This document shows, in pieces, positions 12,828 to 22,877 of a DNA stretch of 64,000 bases (its first letter is position 1; each line of letters begins with the position of its first letter). The position numbers and the translations under genes are program-made. Source of the DNA: an uncultured Gemmatimonadales bacterium. GTDB taxonomy: Bacteria > Gemmatimonadota > Gemmatimonadetes > Gemmatimonadales > GWC2-71-9. The notes below the pieces were generated by a model. It saw only the letters and a list, made by a program, of their open reading frames with translations. It did no database searches and was not told the origin of the DNA. The DNA is taken from NCBI GenBank assembly GCA_963825055.1, contig CAWGSK010000015.1, positions 64,001-128,000 on the forward strand. The letters run 5' to 3'.

Positions 12828-13532
12828 TCACTCCTTCACAATCGACATCCCCAGAATGCCCGTGCTGTCGGGCGGCGGCCCGTTGATGAGCATGATGTCG
12901 TACACGTCACCGGCGCTGAGCGTGAGGGTGCCACTGTTAAGCAGCACCGTCTTGGTACCGCGGGTGGTGAATCGCACCTGCCACTGGCCAGGGTCCCGCT
13001 CGATGTAGCCGGGGAACACTTCGCTCAGGCCGACGCCGAAATCGAACGGCGTGATGACCGGCGATTCCAGGCTCAGGTCGGCATTGACCGCCGTCAGGTA
13101 GGGATCGACGTCAGGGCCCGCGGGAGCCGTGTGCACCAGCCGGAATTTCACCTTCCCGGCAGCGGGGATGCGCCCGGTGTCCGAGGCGAGCCACAACCCG
13201 GGCGAGGCGATACCGCCGACGTACAGCGTGTAGTCCTGGTCCGCATGGAGATTGAAACTGGTGCTGGCAAGCGCGGTCGAGGAGCCCGCCGCGGCCACGG
13301 CGATCGTCTGCTGCCCCGCCGGCACATCGATGTAGGTGGACGCGACGGTGTTCGAGACGTTGCTGATCACGGCCTGGTTGTCGATCCTGAGATCCATGGC
13401 CGGCGTGGTCGGGGAGCCGTTCACCAGCCGGAGCCGCGCGGTGCCGGTCGGGGTGGTGCCACCGGAATCGCCGCCGCAGGCGGCCACGAGGGCGCCGAAT
13501 GCCAGGGCGGCCATCAAGCTGCCGAACCTCAT
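12828..13532 (-). CDS. DUF4397-like lipoprotein
   Basis: Lipobox LVAAC; two repeats RLRLVNGSP / KFRLVHTAPAGPDVD. Confidence 0.8.
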   Translation of the reverse strand: MRFGSLMAALAFGALVAACGGDSGGTTPTGTARLRLVNGSPTTPAMDLRIDNQAVISNVSNTVASTYIDVPAGQQTIAVAAAGSSTALASTSFNLHADQDYTLYVGGIASPGLWLASDTGRIPAAGKVKFRLVHTAPAGPDVDPYLTAVNADLSLESPVITPFDFGVGLSEVFPGYIERDPGQWQVRFTTRGTKTVLLNSGTLTLSAGDVYDIMLINGPPPDSTGILGMSIVKE

Positions 13533-13616
13533 ATTTCCTCCGCTACTGCAGTTGGGGGATGAATCCTGCCACCGGAATGACCCCAGGAAACCGCCGGGGC
13601 GTCACTCCGCAGCCAG

Positions 13617-14555
13617 TCAGTTACCACGACGGAAGCCGGATATCCAGGTTTCCGCGCGGGGCATCGGCGGGGTGGGGACGCCCCGCGTGTGGGCCCAGCG
13701 GAGGAGCCACGAGGTTCCGTTCGTGCCGACATACCCTTCAGGTGACGCATAAGCCGGGTCCTGCAACACGGTCGCGAGCGGGACGAAGCGGTACCCCCGG
13801 CCCTCCAGGCGGTCGAGGATGCGGTGGAAATGGTCCCGGTTGAGCGGGCTGACATGCACCAGCAGCACCTGAGCCACCGGACGACGGAAGAGATCGTCCG
13901 CCACCTGCTCGAAGTACCCGAAGGTGCTGTCCATGTACTCGACATACCCGTCGGCGACCCGTGCCATGCCGGCCGCGTCGTCGTGGTCGAATGCGCGCGA
14001 GTAGGCCGCTGCATAGACCCATTCGTCATTGTCGAACGTGACCGGGGCGTTCCGCCAGCCGCGCCGGTCCAGCCCCGCCTGGACGGCCTGTTTCTTCTCC
14101 GGGGTGTTCCCCAGATGCAGGAAGGGGTACCGGAACCAGACCAGGCTGTCTCCCCGGGCCCGGAGGAACCGCGTGAGGGGCACTGCGCCCCGGTCGGCAT
14201 CGGCGAGCCATGAGGTGGCGTCATGACCGTTCAGGTCGAAGTGGGACCAGGTGTGGTTGCCAATCTCCATGCCCGCGTCCGCCCAGACCCGCAGCACGGT
14301 GTCGAGTTGCGTCCTCATCGACGGGCCACAGGCGTTGCCGGCAGTTACGAGGGCGGTCGCGGGAATGTGCCGTGAAACGAGCATGCGCACGAGGTCGCGA
14401 TTCAGTCCAGCGACGTCCACTGAGCCATCGCAGCGGACGGTGCCACCCTGGCGGGGCACGTCATCGAAGGTGATGGCCACCAGGCGCGCCGGGGAGTGGG
14501 TCGGGAGCAGGAGGCTGAGCAGGAACAGCAGGGGCAGGGCGAAGGTCGCCATCAT
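13617..14555 (-). CDS. Secreted polysaccharide deacetylase (CE4/NodB)
   Basis: TFDD, GNHTWSH, FRYPF and LLVH motifs; signal peptide. Confidence 0.88.
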   Translation of the reverse strand: MMATFALPLLFLLSLLLPTHSPARLVAITFDDVPRQGGTVRCDGSVDVAGLNRDLVRMLVSRHIPATALVTAGNACGPSMRTQLDTVLRVWADAGMEIGNHTWSHFDLNGHDATSWLADADRGAVPLTRFLRARGDSLVWFRYPFLHLGNTPEKKQAVQAGLDRRGWRNAPVTFDNDEWVYAAAYSRAFDHDDAAGMARVADGYVEYMDSTFGYFEQVADDLFRRPVAQVLLVHVSPLNRDHFHRILDRLEGRGYRFVPLATVLQDPAYASPEGYVGTNGTSWLLRWAHTRGVPTPPMPRAETWISGFRRGN

Positions 14556-16198
14556 CCCGTCACCGGCTGGGCGGGCAGGTGCGCTTCCACCATCCGTGCG
14601 TAGCGGGCCGCGGCGCCGAGCGTCGTGCGGTCTCCCCACCCGAACTCATCCCGCATGAGCCCGGCGACCGCCGCGGCGCATTGCACTCCGTGGTCCGGGG
14701 TCTCATAGTAGAGATGCAGCCGGCGCATGAGCACGTCCTCGACGGTGCAGGCCAGCTCGCGGCGGGTTACGTGTACGACCTCGGCCGCGATGGCCGGGTG
14801 GTCGGGGTGGATCGGCTCCATCATGGCCCGATCGTCGCGACAGAGCTTGAAGATGGCGGCTGCCTCGGTGCCGAACAGCTCGACGATGTGCGCCACGGTC
14901 CGGTCCGGGAGCCCCATGGACTGTCCGATCTCGTGCAGCGGGGCGAAGTCGTGGGCTTCCCCGCCGGGAAGCGGCTCCTCGTCGGTGCGCGCCCGCACGG
15001 TGATGGTTCGGCCGAAGTCCTTGCGGAGCTCCTCGACGACCGCGTCCACCAGTTCCGCGGCCATCGAGCGGTAGGTCGTCAGCTTGCCGCCGGCGACCGT
15101 CCACATGCCCGCGGGACCCTGCTCGATGCGATGCTCTCGTGACACGGCGCTCGCGTCGCGTGCCTTCTCGTCGATCAGCAGGGGTCGCAGGCCGGCCCAG
15201 GTCGCCAGCACGTCCACCTCGGTCAGGCGGGCGTTGGGGAAGTACGCATTCGCCGAGCGGAGCAGATAGACGACGTCCTCGGCGGTGGCGCGCACATCTT
15301 CGGGCGAGACTGCGGTGTCGGTATCGGTCGTGCCAATGATGGTGAGTTCGCCCCAGGGCAGGATGAACATCACCCGGTTGTCTATCGGGCTGGTGATGGT
15401 GAGGGCTCCGTGGTTGCCGACCCGGGAGCGGGGCACGACCACATGGGCGCCCTTCGTCGGGCGGAGGATCGGTGGCGCATGGGGGTATTCCATCCGCCGG
15501 ATTGCGTCCGTCCAGGGGCCGGTGGCATTGACCACCGTGGTGGCCTGGATCAGGCCGCGGGCGCCCGTCAGGCGATCCCGGACCCGGGCGCCCCGGGCCC
15601 GGTTGTCCACCAGTTCCAGCCGTTCCACCCGCATGTAGCTGCTGACCAGGGCGCCGTGCAGTATGGCCGAGCGGGCGGTGGCCAGCGTGAGTCGGGCGTC
15701 ATCGCACTGCGCGTCGTAGTAGATTGCTCCGCCCACGAGGTCCTTGTCCCGGAGCAGGGGCTCACGTTCCAGCATCCCGCGCTTGCCGATGGTGCGGTGT
15801 CGCTTCACATTCCGGAACAGTGCCAGTATGTCGTAGAGCCAGAGTCCGGCGGCCAGCTTCCAGAGCGGCACGGTTGCCTGCCGGTAGACCGGAAACGCGA
15901 ACGGCGCCGGCCGGACGAGGTGTGGGGCGAGGCCGATCAGGGTCCGCCGCTCCCGGCTGGCCTCGAAGACCAGCCGGAGGTTGCCCTGTTCGAGGTAGCG
16001 CAGGCCGCCGTGGATGAGCCGGCTGGAGCGGCTGCTGGTGCCCCACGCGAGGTCGTGCTGTTCCACCAGGACAGTCCGGAGGCCCCGCATGGCGGCGTCC
16101 CGGGCAATCCCGGCGCCCGTGATGCCGCCGCCGATGACGAGCACATCGGCGGGTTCCGCGGTAACTTCTTCCAGTGACGCCCGACGGGAGGTCAGCAT
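14552..16198 (-). CDS. glpD: FAD-dependent glycerol-3-phosphate dehydrogenase
   Basis: IGGGITGAG, GTSSRSSRLIHGGLRYL, DDARL, AGLRPL, GGKLTTYR. Confidence 0.92.
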   Translation of the reverse strand: MLTSRRASLEEVTAEPADVLVIGGGITGAGIARDAAMRGLRTVLVEQHDLAWGTSSRSSRLIHGGLRYLEQGNLRLVFEASRERRTLIGLAPHLVRPAPFAFPVYRQATVPLWKLAAGLWLYDILALFRNVKRHRTIGKRGMLEREPLLRDKDLVGGAIYYDAQCDDARLTLATARSAILHGALVSSYMRVERLELVDNRARGARVRDRLTGARGLIQATTVVNATGPWTDAIRRMEYPHAPPILRPTKGAHVVVPRSRVGNHGALTITSPIDNRVMFILPWGELTIIGTTDTDTAVSPEDVRATAEDVVYLLRSANAYFPNARLTEVDVLATWAGLRPLLIDEKARDASAVSREHRIEQGPAGMWTVAGGKLTTYRSMAAELVDAVVEELRKDFGRTITVRARTDEEPLPGGEAHDFAPLHEIGQSMGLPDRTVAHIVELFGTEAAAIFKLCRDDRAMMEPIHPDHPAIAAEVVHVTRRELACTVEDVLMRRLHLYYETPDHGVQCAAAVAGLMRDEFGWGDRTTLGAAARYARMVEAHLPAQPVTG

Positions 16199-16200
16199 CC

Positions 16201-16749
16201 GTGTCCCCAGGATCCAAGGGTCAGCTTCCAAATCCCAGCACGTGGTTCCGGTGGCACGAGGATCTCATCGGCCGCGGGTCACGCGTGCTCGATCTGGCCT
16301 GCGGTGACGGCCGGCATGCCATCGCCGCGGCCCAGCTGGGTGCGGAGGTTGTGGCGATCGACAATGATCCCGCGCAGCTCGAGATCGGCCGGGAAGCGGC
16401 GCAGGAGGCGCACGTCACGGTCGAGTGGCGCGAGGCCGACCTGGAGAAAACGTGGCCCGAACTGGGCGTTTTTGATGCGGTCCTGGCCTTTCATTACCTT
16501 GACCGGGCCCGCATGCCGCAGTTCATCGAGCGTGTGGCTCCGGGTGGTGTGCTCATGATGGAAACCTTCCTGGTGGCCCAGCGGGAGCTGGGCTGGGGGC
16601 CCCAGCGCGAGGAGCACCTGCTTCAGCCGGGGGAACTCAAGACCCTGGTGGCGCCACTGGAGCCGGTGCACGGACGGGAAGTCTTCGAGCCCGTGGACGC
16701 CGAACGGTGGCGGGCCGTGAGCGGAATCGTGGCGCAGCGGCGTTCCTGA
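16201..16749 (+). CDS. Class I SAM-dependent methyltransferase (TehB-like)
   Basis: VLDLACGDGRHA motif I and PGGVL; GTG start at 16201 (16174 is an alternative). Confidence 0.85.
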   Translation: MSPGSKGQLPNPSTWFRWHEDLIGRGSRVLDLACGDGRHAIAAAQLGAEVVAIDNDPAQLEIGREAAQEAHVTVEWREADLEKTWPELGVFDAVLAFHYLDRARMPQFIERVAPGGVLMMETFLVAQRELGWGPQREEHLLQPGELKTLVAPLEPVHGREVFEPVDAERWRAVSGIVAQRRS

Positions 16750-16796
16750 GGCCGCCGCCCATTCGCGCGCCCGGCCCGCCCGAAAGAACATAATAC

Positions 16797-18092
16797 ATGA
16801 CCGATACCCATCCGTCCCGCCGGGTCGTCATCGTCGACGGCGTGCGGACGCCCTTCGCCCGGAGCGGCACGGTGTTCCGCGATGTGTCGGCGGTGGACCT
16901 TGCCCGGCATGTTGCACGGGCGTTGCTGGTCCGCACCGGGATCGACGGCGCCGAGATTGATGAAGTCATCTGGGGCCAGGTGATTCCCTCCGTGCTCACG
17001 CCCAACGTGGCGCGCGAGGTGAGCCTGCTGCCCCAGCTCCCGAAGTCGGTCCCCGCCTACACGCTGAATCGGGCCTGCGCCTCCGGCGCCATGGCCGTCA
17101 GCAACGCATTCGACCAGATCACCCTCGGCTACTCCGACGTTATCCTGGCGGGAGGCGTCGAGTCTCTCTCAGATGTGCCCATCCTGCATTCCCGCCGTTT
17201 CAGCCAGATCCTCGTGGAGGCCAGCAAGGCGAAATCGTTTGGACAGCGGATCGGGGCGTTCGCCAAGCTCCGGCCGCGGGACTTCATCCCGGTGAGCCCC
17301 GCGATCGCGGAGCCCTCCACCGGCGAGTCGATGGGGCAGTCCGCCGAGAAGATGGCCAAGGAGAACGGCATCTCGCGCGAGGCGCAGGACGAGGTGGCGC
17401 TCATGAGCCACCACCGTGCCGCCGCCGGGACCGAAGACGGCCGGCTCACCGCCGAGATCACCCCGTGGTTCGGGGGGAAGGACATGACCGAGGTGATCAC
17501 CTCGGACAACGGCATCCGGCCGGACACTTCCATGGAGAAGCTCGCCAGACTGAAACCCGTGTTCGACCGGCGCTACGGCACGGTGACGGCAGGCAATTCC
17601 TCCCCCCTGACCGACGGGGCGAGCGCGGTGCTGCTGATGGCGGAGGAGAAGGCCCTGGCGCTCGGTTATGCGCCCCTCGCGCGTATCCGCAGCTATGCCA
17701 TCGCCGCGGTGGACCCGGGCTGGCAACTCCTGCAGGGTCCGGTGTTCGCCGTGCCGAAGGCGCTTGACCGCGCCGGGATCACGTGGAGCGACCTCGGCAT
17801 GGTGGAGATCCACGAGGCTTTTGCCGCGCAGGTCCTGAGCAACGTCCAGGCGTGGGCCTCGATGGAATGGGCACGGAAGCTGGGGCGGGACCGGCCGGTC
17901 GGCGAGGTGGACTGGGATCGTACCAACGTGATGGGAGGCTCCATCGCCATCGGGCACCCATTCGGGGCCACCGGTGGCCGTATCATCACGACCCTGGCCA
18001 ATGAAATGCGCCGGCGGGACGTCCAGTTCGGCCTCGTGTCCATCTGCGCCCAGGGCGGAATGGGCTTCGCCATGGTGCTGGAGCGCGTATGA
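16797..18092 (+). CDS. fadI: Acetyl-CoA C-acyltransferase (thiolase, FadI type)
   Basis: NRACASG, HEAFAAQ, GHPFGATG, CAQGG. Confidence 0.92.
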   Translation: MTDTHPSRRVVIVDGVRTPFARSGTVFRDVSAVDLARHVARALLVRTGIDGAEIDEVIWGQVIPSVLTPNVAREVSLLPQLPKSVPAYTLNRACASGAMAVSNAFDQITLGYSDVILAGGVESLSDVPILHSRRFSQILVEASKAKSFGQRIGAFAKLRPRDFIPVSPAIAEPSTGESMGQSAEKMAKENGISREAQDEVALMSHHRAAAGTEDGRLTAEITPWFGGKDMTEVITSDNGIRPDTSMEKLARLKPVFDRRYGTVTAGNSSPLTDGASAVLLMAEEKALALGYAPLARIRSYAIAAVDPGWQLLQGPVFAVPKALDRAGITWSDLGMVEIHEAFAAQVLSNVQAWASMEWARKLGRDRPVGEVDWDRTNVMGGSIAIGHPFGATGGRIITTLANEMRRRDVQFGLVSICAQGGMGFAMVLERV

Positions 18093-20233
18093 CCACCTTC
18101 ACGGTTTCCCATGACGACGGGATTGCGGTGGTCACGCTCGACACGCCCGGCGCCCCGGTCAATACGATCGGTTCCGCGATCCTGGCTGAATTCGAGCAGG
18201 TGCTCGACCAGGTGCGCGACGATGGTGCGGTCCGCGCCGTGGTGCTCATCTCCGGGAAGCCGGACAACTTCATCGCCGGGGCCAATATCGAGGAGTTCAC
18301 GAAGCTCGAGACCCAGGCGGAGGCGGAGGCCCTGAGCCGTGAGGGCCAGCGGGTGCTGGACCGGGTGGATCACTTCCCGAAGCCCCTCGTGGCGGCAATT
18401 CACGGCGCCTGCCTGGGCGGCGGGACCGAACTTGCCCTCGCGTGCGACTATCGCGTCGCGACCGACCACCGGAAGACCCTGATCGGCCTGCCCGAGGTGC
18501 AGCTCGGCCTCCTGCCGGGTGCCGGAGGCTGCCAGCGGCTCCCGCGGCTCATCGGCCTGCGCGCGGCGCTCGACATCATCCTGCAGGGGAAGAGTGAGCA
18601 GCCGAAGAAGGCGCTCAGGCTCGGCCTGATCGATGAGATGGTGCCGCAGAGCATCCTGCGGCAGACCGCCCTGGCTGCAGCGCGGCGCCTGGCGGAGAAG
18701 GGGCTCCCGAAGCGGTCCCTGCCCGGGGGGGCGATGGGCTTCCTGCTGGACGGCAACCCGATCGGCCGCCGGATCGTCTACTGGCAGGCCGGCAAGACGG
18801 TCCGGAAGAAGACCGGCGGCCATTATCCCGCGCCGCTCGCCGCGCTCGACGTGGTCCGGACCGGCCTGGAGCAGGGCATCCGGAAGGGCTTCATCGCGGA
18901 GCACCAGCAGTTCGGCATGCTTGCCATGACCGATGTGTCGCGGAAGCTGATCCAGCTGTTCTTTGCCACGAACGCGCTCAAGAAGGATCCCGGCGTCCCG
19001 GCAGGGACTGCGAGTCCGCATCCCGTGGGCTACGTCGGCGTGGTCGGAGCGGGATTCATGGGCGCGGGGATCGCGGGAACGGCGGTGCTCCAGGCACGCG
19101 TGCCGGTCGGGCTCAAGGACACCGACCTTCCACGCGTCGGGCGGGGGCTCAAGGCCGCCACGGACATTCTTACCGCACGGCTCAAGCGCCGGCGCCTCGA
19201 CCGGTACGAGTATGCCCGGCTCACCGCTCTGCTCACGGGCTCGGCGGACTGGACGGCCATCCGGCTGGCGGACCTGGTCATCGAGGCAGTTTTCGAAGAC
19301 ATCGACCTGAAACACCAGGTGCTGCAGGAAACGGAGTCGCAGACCAGGGCCGGCACCGTCTTCGCCACCAACACCTCGACCATTCCGATCACCCGTATCG
19401 CGGAAGCGTCGTCGCGTCCGGGCGAGATGCTGGGGATGCACTTCTTCTCCCCCGTGGAGAAGATGCCGCTCCTCGAAGTGATTCCCACCGGGCAGACCAC
19501 CCCCGGCACCATTGCCACCGCGGTGGCCTTCGGGAAGAAGCTCGGGAAGACGGTGATTGTCGTGAAGGACCACCCGGGCTTCTGGGTGAACCGGATTCTC
19601 ACGCCGTACATGAACGAGGCGGGCCAGCTCCTGCTGGAGGGCACGCCCATCGCCCTGCTCGACCAGACCATGACGCAGTGGGGCTTCCCCGTCGGGCCCA
19701 TCGCACTGCTGGATGAGGTCGGATTCGACGTGGCCGTGAAGGCCGGGAAGGTGATGCACGAGGCCTTCGGGGACCGGCTCAAGCCCGTCGACCTGATTCC
19801 CCGGATGATCGCCGACGAGCGGCTGGGACGGAAGAACGGCCGCGGATTCTACACCTACCGCAAGGGTCACAAGGCCGGGGTGGACGAGTCGGTCTACGAA
19901 CTCCTCGGCATCCGGCCCAATGAGATGCACTCGCCGATCACCATCGAGCAGCGGCTGGTCTACGCGATGCTGAACGAGGCCGCCATGGCGGCGGGGGAGG
20001 GCGTGGTCCGGACCCCGCGCGATGGTGACATCGGCGCGATCTTCGGCATCGGGTTCCCGCCGTTTCGCGGCGGTCCACTGCAGGTAATCGACGACCTGGG
20101 CCCCAAGCAGGTGGTGCGCACGCTGCGCGAGCTGGTGGCGGCCTACGGTGAGCGGTTCACCCCGGCGCCGGTGCTGGTCGAGATGGCGGAGGAAGGCCGG
20201 CGGTTTTATCCGGGACGTGCGCCGGGAGTCTGA
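18089..20233 (+). CDS. fadJ: Fatty acid oxidation complex alpha subunit (enoyl-CoA hydratase + 3-hydroxyacyl-CoA dehydrogenase)
   Basis: GGGTELALAC, LPEVQLG, GAGFMGAGI, GMHFFSP, GFPPFRGG; ATGA overlap with fadI. Confidence 0.93.
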   Translation: MTTFTVSHDDGIAVVTLDTPGAPVNTIGSAILAEFEQVLDQVRDDGAVRAVVLISGKPDNFIAGANIEEFTKLETQAEAEALSREGQRVLDRVDHFPKPLVAAIHGACLGGGTELALACDYRVATDHRKTLIGLPEVQLGLLPGAGGCQRLPRLIGLRAALDIILQGKSEQPKKALRLGLIDEMVPQSILRQTALAAARRLAEKGLPKRSLPGGAMGFLLDGNPIGRRIVYWQAGKTVRKKTGGHYPAPLAALDVVRTGLEQGIRKGFIAEHQQFGMLAMTDVSRKLIQLFFATNALKKDPGVPAGTASPHPVGYVGVVGAGFMGAGIAGTAVLQARVPVGLKDTDLPRVGRGLKAATDILTARLKRRRLDRYEYARLTALLTGSADWTAIRLADLVIEAVFEDIDLKHQVLQETESQTRAGTVFATNTSTIPITRIAEASSRPGEMLGMHFFSPVEKMPLLEVIPTGQTTPGTIATAVAFGKKLGKTVIVVKDHPGFWVNRILTPYMNEAGQLLLEGTPIALLDQTMTQWGFPVGPIALLDEVGFDVAVKAGKVMHEAFGDRLKPVDLIPRMIADERLGRKNGRGFYTYRKGHKAGVDESVYELLGIRPNEMHSPITIEQRLVYAMLNEAAMAAGEGVVRTPRDGDIGAIFGIGFPPFRGGPLQVIDDLGPKQVVRTLRELVAAYGERFTPAPVLVEMAEEGRRFYPGRAPGV

Positions 20234-20952
20234 ACCGAAAGGGCCATGAGGTCATCGAGCGGGTCGCCGGGCGCCAGGTCGCGCGGCGGCCCGTTCCGCG
20301 TGAGGAGGCGGGCGGCGTGCGGGCCGACGAGGTGCATTGCGGTGCCCTCGACGCGGAGCATCGTCCCCTCACGAAGCCCGATGACGGTCGCGTCCGGGTT
20401 GGCGTGCAGGAATTCGCGCAGCCGGTCCGCCCGGGTCTCCCCCTGGTGCCTCGGCAGGACGGCGTCGGTGTAGTGCGCGTTGATCTGGAATGGGACGAGC
20501 CCGAGGGCGTCCAGGGTCCGGGGCTCGACAATCGGCATGTCGTTTGTGGTGCGGATGGTGGGACAGGCGAGGTTGGACCCCGCGCTCCAGCCGATGTAGG
20601 GCAGCCCTGAACGAACCCGTTCGCGCAGCACCTCCAGCAGGCCGGTCTCCTGCATCTCCCTGAGCAGGTTGAAGGTGTTTCCCCCGCCCACTGCCACCGC
20701 CCGGGCCTCCGCCAGGGCACCCTTCGGGTCGGCCGCCCCGTGCACGGATACGACCCGGATCCCGGCCGGCGCCAGCGCTTCCCCGACCCTGGCCGTGTAG
20801 TCGTCCCACGGGATCGTCACGCCGGCGAACGGGATGAAAGCCACCGTGTCCACCGGGCCGAGGAATTGTCCGATTTCCTCGCGCGCGTGTGACAGGTAGG
20901 GTTTGCCGAAGTTGGTGGAGTTGCTGAGCAGGAGGAGCCGCGGCGGGGTCAT
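20206..20952 (-). CDS. pepE: Dipeptidase E (peptidase S51)
   Basis: LLLSNS, GGGNTF, GWSAGSN, TTNDMP, FQINAH, GETR. Confidence 0.93.
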   Translation of the reverse strand: MTPPRLLLLSNSTNFGKPYLSHAREEIGQFLGPVDTVAFIPFAGVTIPWDDYTARVGEALAPAGIRVVSVHGAADPKGALAEARAVAVGGGNTFNLLREMQETGLLEVLRERVRSGLPYIGWSAGSNLACPTIRTTNDMPIVEPRTLDALGLVPFQINAHYTDAVLPRHQGETRADRLREFLHANPDATVIGLREGTMLRVEGTAMHLVGPHAARLLTRNGPPRDLAPGDPLDDLMALSVQTPGARPG

Positions 20953-20955
20953 GCC

Positions 20956-22101
20956 TCAGTCGGCGCCGACGGCCTTGGCCAGCTCTGCATTGGACTCCGC
21001 CCGCTTCATGAGCCGGACCAGGGTGGACATCGCCTCCACCGGGCTCTCGCCCGCCAGCATGCCCCGCAGGTTCCGGGACATCTCGAGGGCTTCCGGGTCG
21101 AGCAGGAGCTCTTCCCGGCGGGTCCCGCTGGCGTTGAGGTCGATGGCGGGGAAGATGCGGCGCTCCGCCAGCTCCCGGCTCAGGACCAGTTCGCTGTTGC
21201 CGGTGCCCTTGAACTCCTCGAAGATCACCTGGTCCATCCTGGAGCCGGTGTCGATCAGCGACGTCCCGATGATCGTCAGTGACCCGCCGCCCTTCGAGGG
21301 GTCCACGTTGCGGGCGCTGCCCAGGAACTTCTTCGGCTTCTCGAGGGAGTTGGCGTCCAGGCCGCCGGAGAGCGTGCGGCCGCTGCCCCGCTCGATCGTG
21401 TTGTAGGCCCGGGCCAGGCGGGTGATGGAATCGAGGATCAGGACGACGTCCTCTCCCATTTCCACACGGCGGCGGGCACGCTCCAGGGTCATCTCCGCAA
21501 TCGCCACATGCCGGTCGGCGGGGAAGTCGAAGCTCGACGCGATCACCTCGCCGAAACCGCAGAGTTCCATCTCGGTCACTTCCTCGGGGCGCTCATCCAC
21601 CAGGAGGATGTAGAGCGCGCACTCGGGATAGTTCCTCCCGAGGCCCTCGGCGATGGCCTGCAGCACCATTGTCTTGCCGGCTTTCGCGGGAGCAACGATG
21701 AGCGCGCGCTGGCCCTTTCCGAGGGGGCAGATGAGGTCGATGATGCGGTTGGTCATGTCCTTCTGCCCGCCGCGCACCATGCCGCAGTCCAGCATGAGCT
21801 GCTGGTCCGGGTGGGTGGCCGGAAGCCGGCTGAAGTCGGGCCGGCGCCGCAGTTCTTCCGGCGGCCGCCCGTTGACCGAAACGATCGTGTTGAGCGTGGG
21901 ATTCCGACCCCGGCCGCGGCCCTGCTGGCGGCCGACCTCGCCGGTGATCTCGTCACCGGTGCGAAGCTCGTATTGCTTGATGAGGCGGGGGTTGACGTGG
22001 ATGTCGCCGGAACCGGCGAGATAACCGTGTTCGCGGCGGCGGAGGAAGCCCGCACCGCGGTCGGTGATGTCGAGGACGCCGAGCGTCTGGGAATCACTCA
22101 T
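20956..22101 (-). CDS. rho: Transcription termination factor Rho, short form (381 aa)
   Basis: GFLR…LRTGD OB fold, GKGQR, APAKAGKT, DERPEEVT, DSITRLARAYN, FEEFKGTGN, SGTRREELL. Confidence 0.93.
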   Translation of the reverse strand: MSDSQTLGVLDITDRGAGFLRRREHGYLAGSGDIHVNPRLIKQYELRTGDEITGEVGRQQGRGRGRNPTLNTIVSVNGRPPEELRRRPDFSRLPATHPDQQLMLDCGMVRGGQKDMTNRIIDLICPLGKGQRALIVAPAKAGKTMVLQAIAEGLGRNYPECALYILLVDERPEEVTEMELCGFGEVIASSFDFPADRHVAIAEMTLERARRRVEMGEDVVLILDSITRLARAYNTIERGSGRTLSGGLDANSLEKPKKFLGSARNVDPSKGGGSLTIIGTSLIDTGSRMDQVIFEEFKGTGNSELVLSRELAERRIFPAIDLNASGTRREELLLDPEALEMSRNLRGMLAGESPVEAMSTLVRLMKRAESNAELAKAVGAD

Positions 22102-22319
22102 GAAATTTTCGGGATCACTCTCGAGTCGGGAACGGTCGCTGGCGCGGTCCGTCGCCCCGCGGGCGATGCGGACATGACCGGGATGCGTACTGTAGGGGGG
22201 CTCCCTTCCTGCCGGCGGGCAGACCCGCCGGACAGGGGAAAGGTGGCCCGGCAACCGCCGCACCGCAAGGTGATGGCGATTTCCGGTGACCGCACGGGCC
22301 GGCCCGGGGCCGGCCGGCG

Positions 22320-22778
22320 TTACGGTGTGTGGGTCGCGAAGACCGTGGTCTTGCCGTCCCGGTCAAACGTGAGCACCTGGTACGCCTGCGGCTTTCCACC
22401 CTCCATGCCGGGCGATCCGGCCGGCATGCCGGGAACCGCGAGGCCCAGGACCTTCGGTTTTTCCTTCAGGAACCGGGCGAGGTCGGCAGCCGGCACATGG
22501 CCCTCGACGACGTAGCCGGCGACCACCGCGGTATGGCACGAGGTCATCGCGCGAGGCACTCCGAGCATGATCTTTGTCTCGGAGAGGTCGTCCTGGTCAT
22601 GGACCTTGACGGTGAAGCCGTTGGCCCTGAGGTGGTCGACCCACGCGCTGCAGCAGCCGCAGGACGGCGACTTGTAGACCGTGACCTCGGGTGCGGGCGT
22701 GGAGGACGTGACAGCGGCGGCGGCCAGGACGCCCACGAGGGCGAGCGGCGCGAGAAGCCGGAGCAATCGGAAACGCAT
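22320..22778 (-). CDS. DUF411 / CopG-like periplasmic metal-binding protein
   Basis: Signal peptide; YKSPSCGCC, SCHT, EGHVPA, PGMPAGSPGME. Confidence 0.9.
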   Translation of the reverse strand: MRFRLLRLLAPLALVGVLAAAAVTSSTPAPEVTVYKSPSCGCCSAWVDHLRANGFTVKVHDQDDLSETKIMLGVPRAMTSCHTAVVAGYVVEGHVPAADLARFLKEKPKVLGLAVPGMPAGSPGMEGGKPQAYQVLTFDRDGKTTVFATHTP

Positions 22779-22877
22779 GGTAGAAAATCCGGTCATGAAG
22801 GAGAATGGTACGGCGCATCGCGCGCCGACCTGATCGGACAGTAACGCCGCCGGCGGAGAAGACAAGACGCCGGGCGG

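Noticed and set aside
20206..20233. 28-nt convergent 3' overlap of fadJ and pepE
   Set aside because: Short tail overlaps are common in compact high-GC genomes; no further signal.
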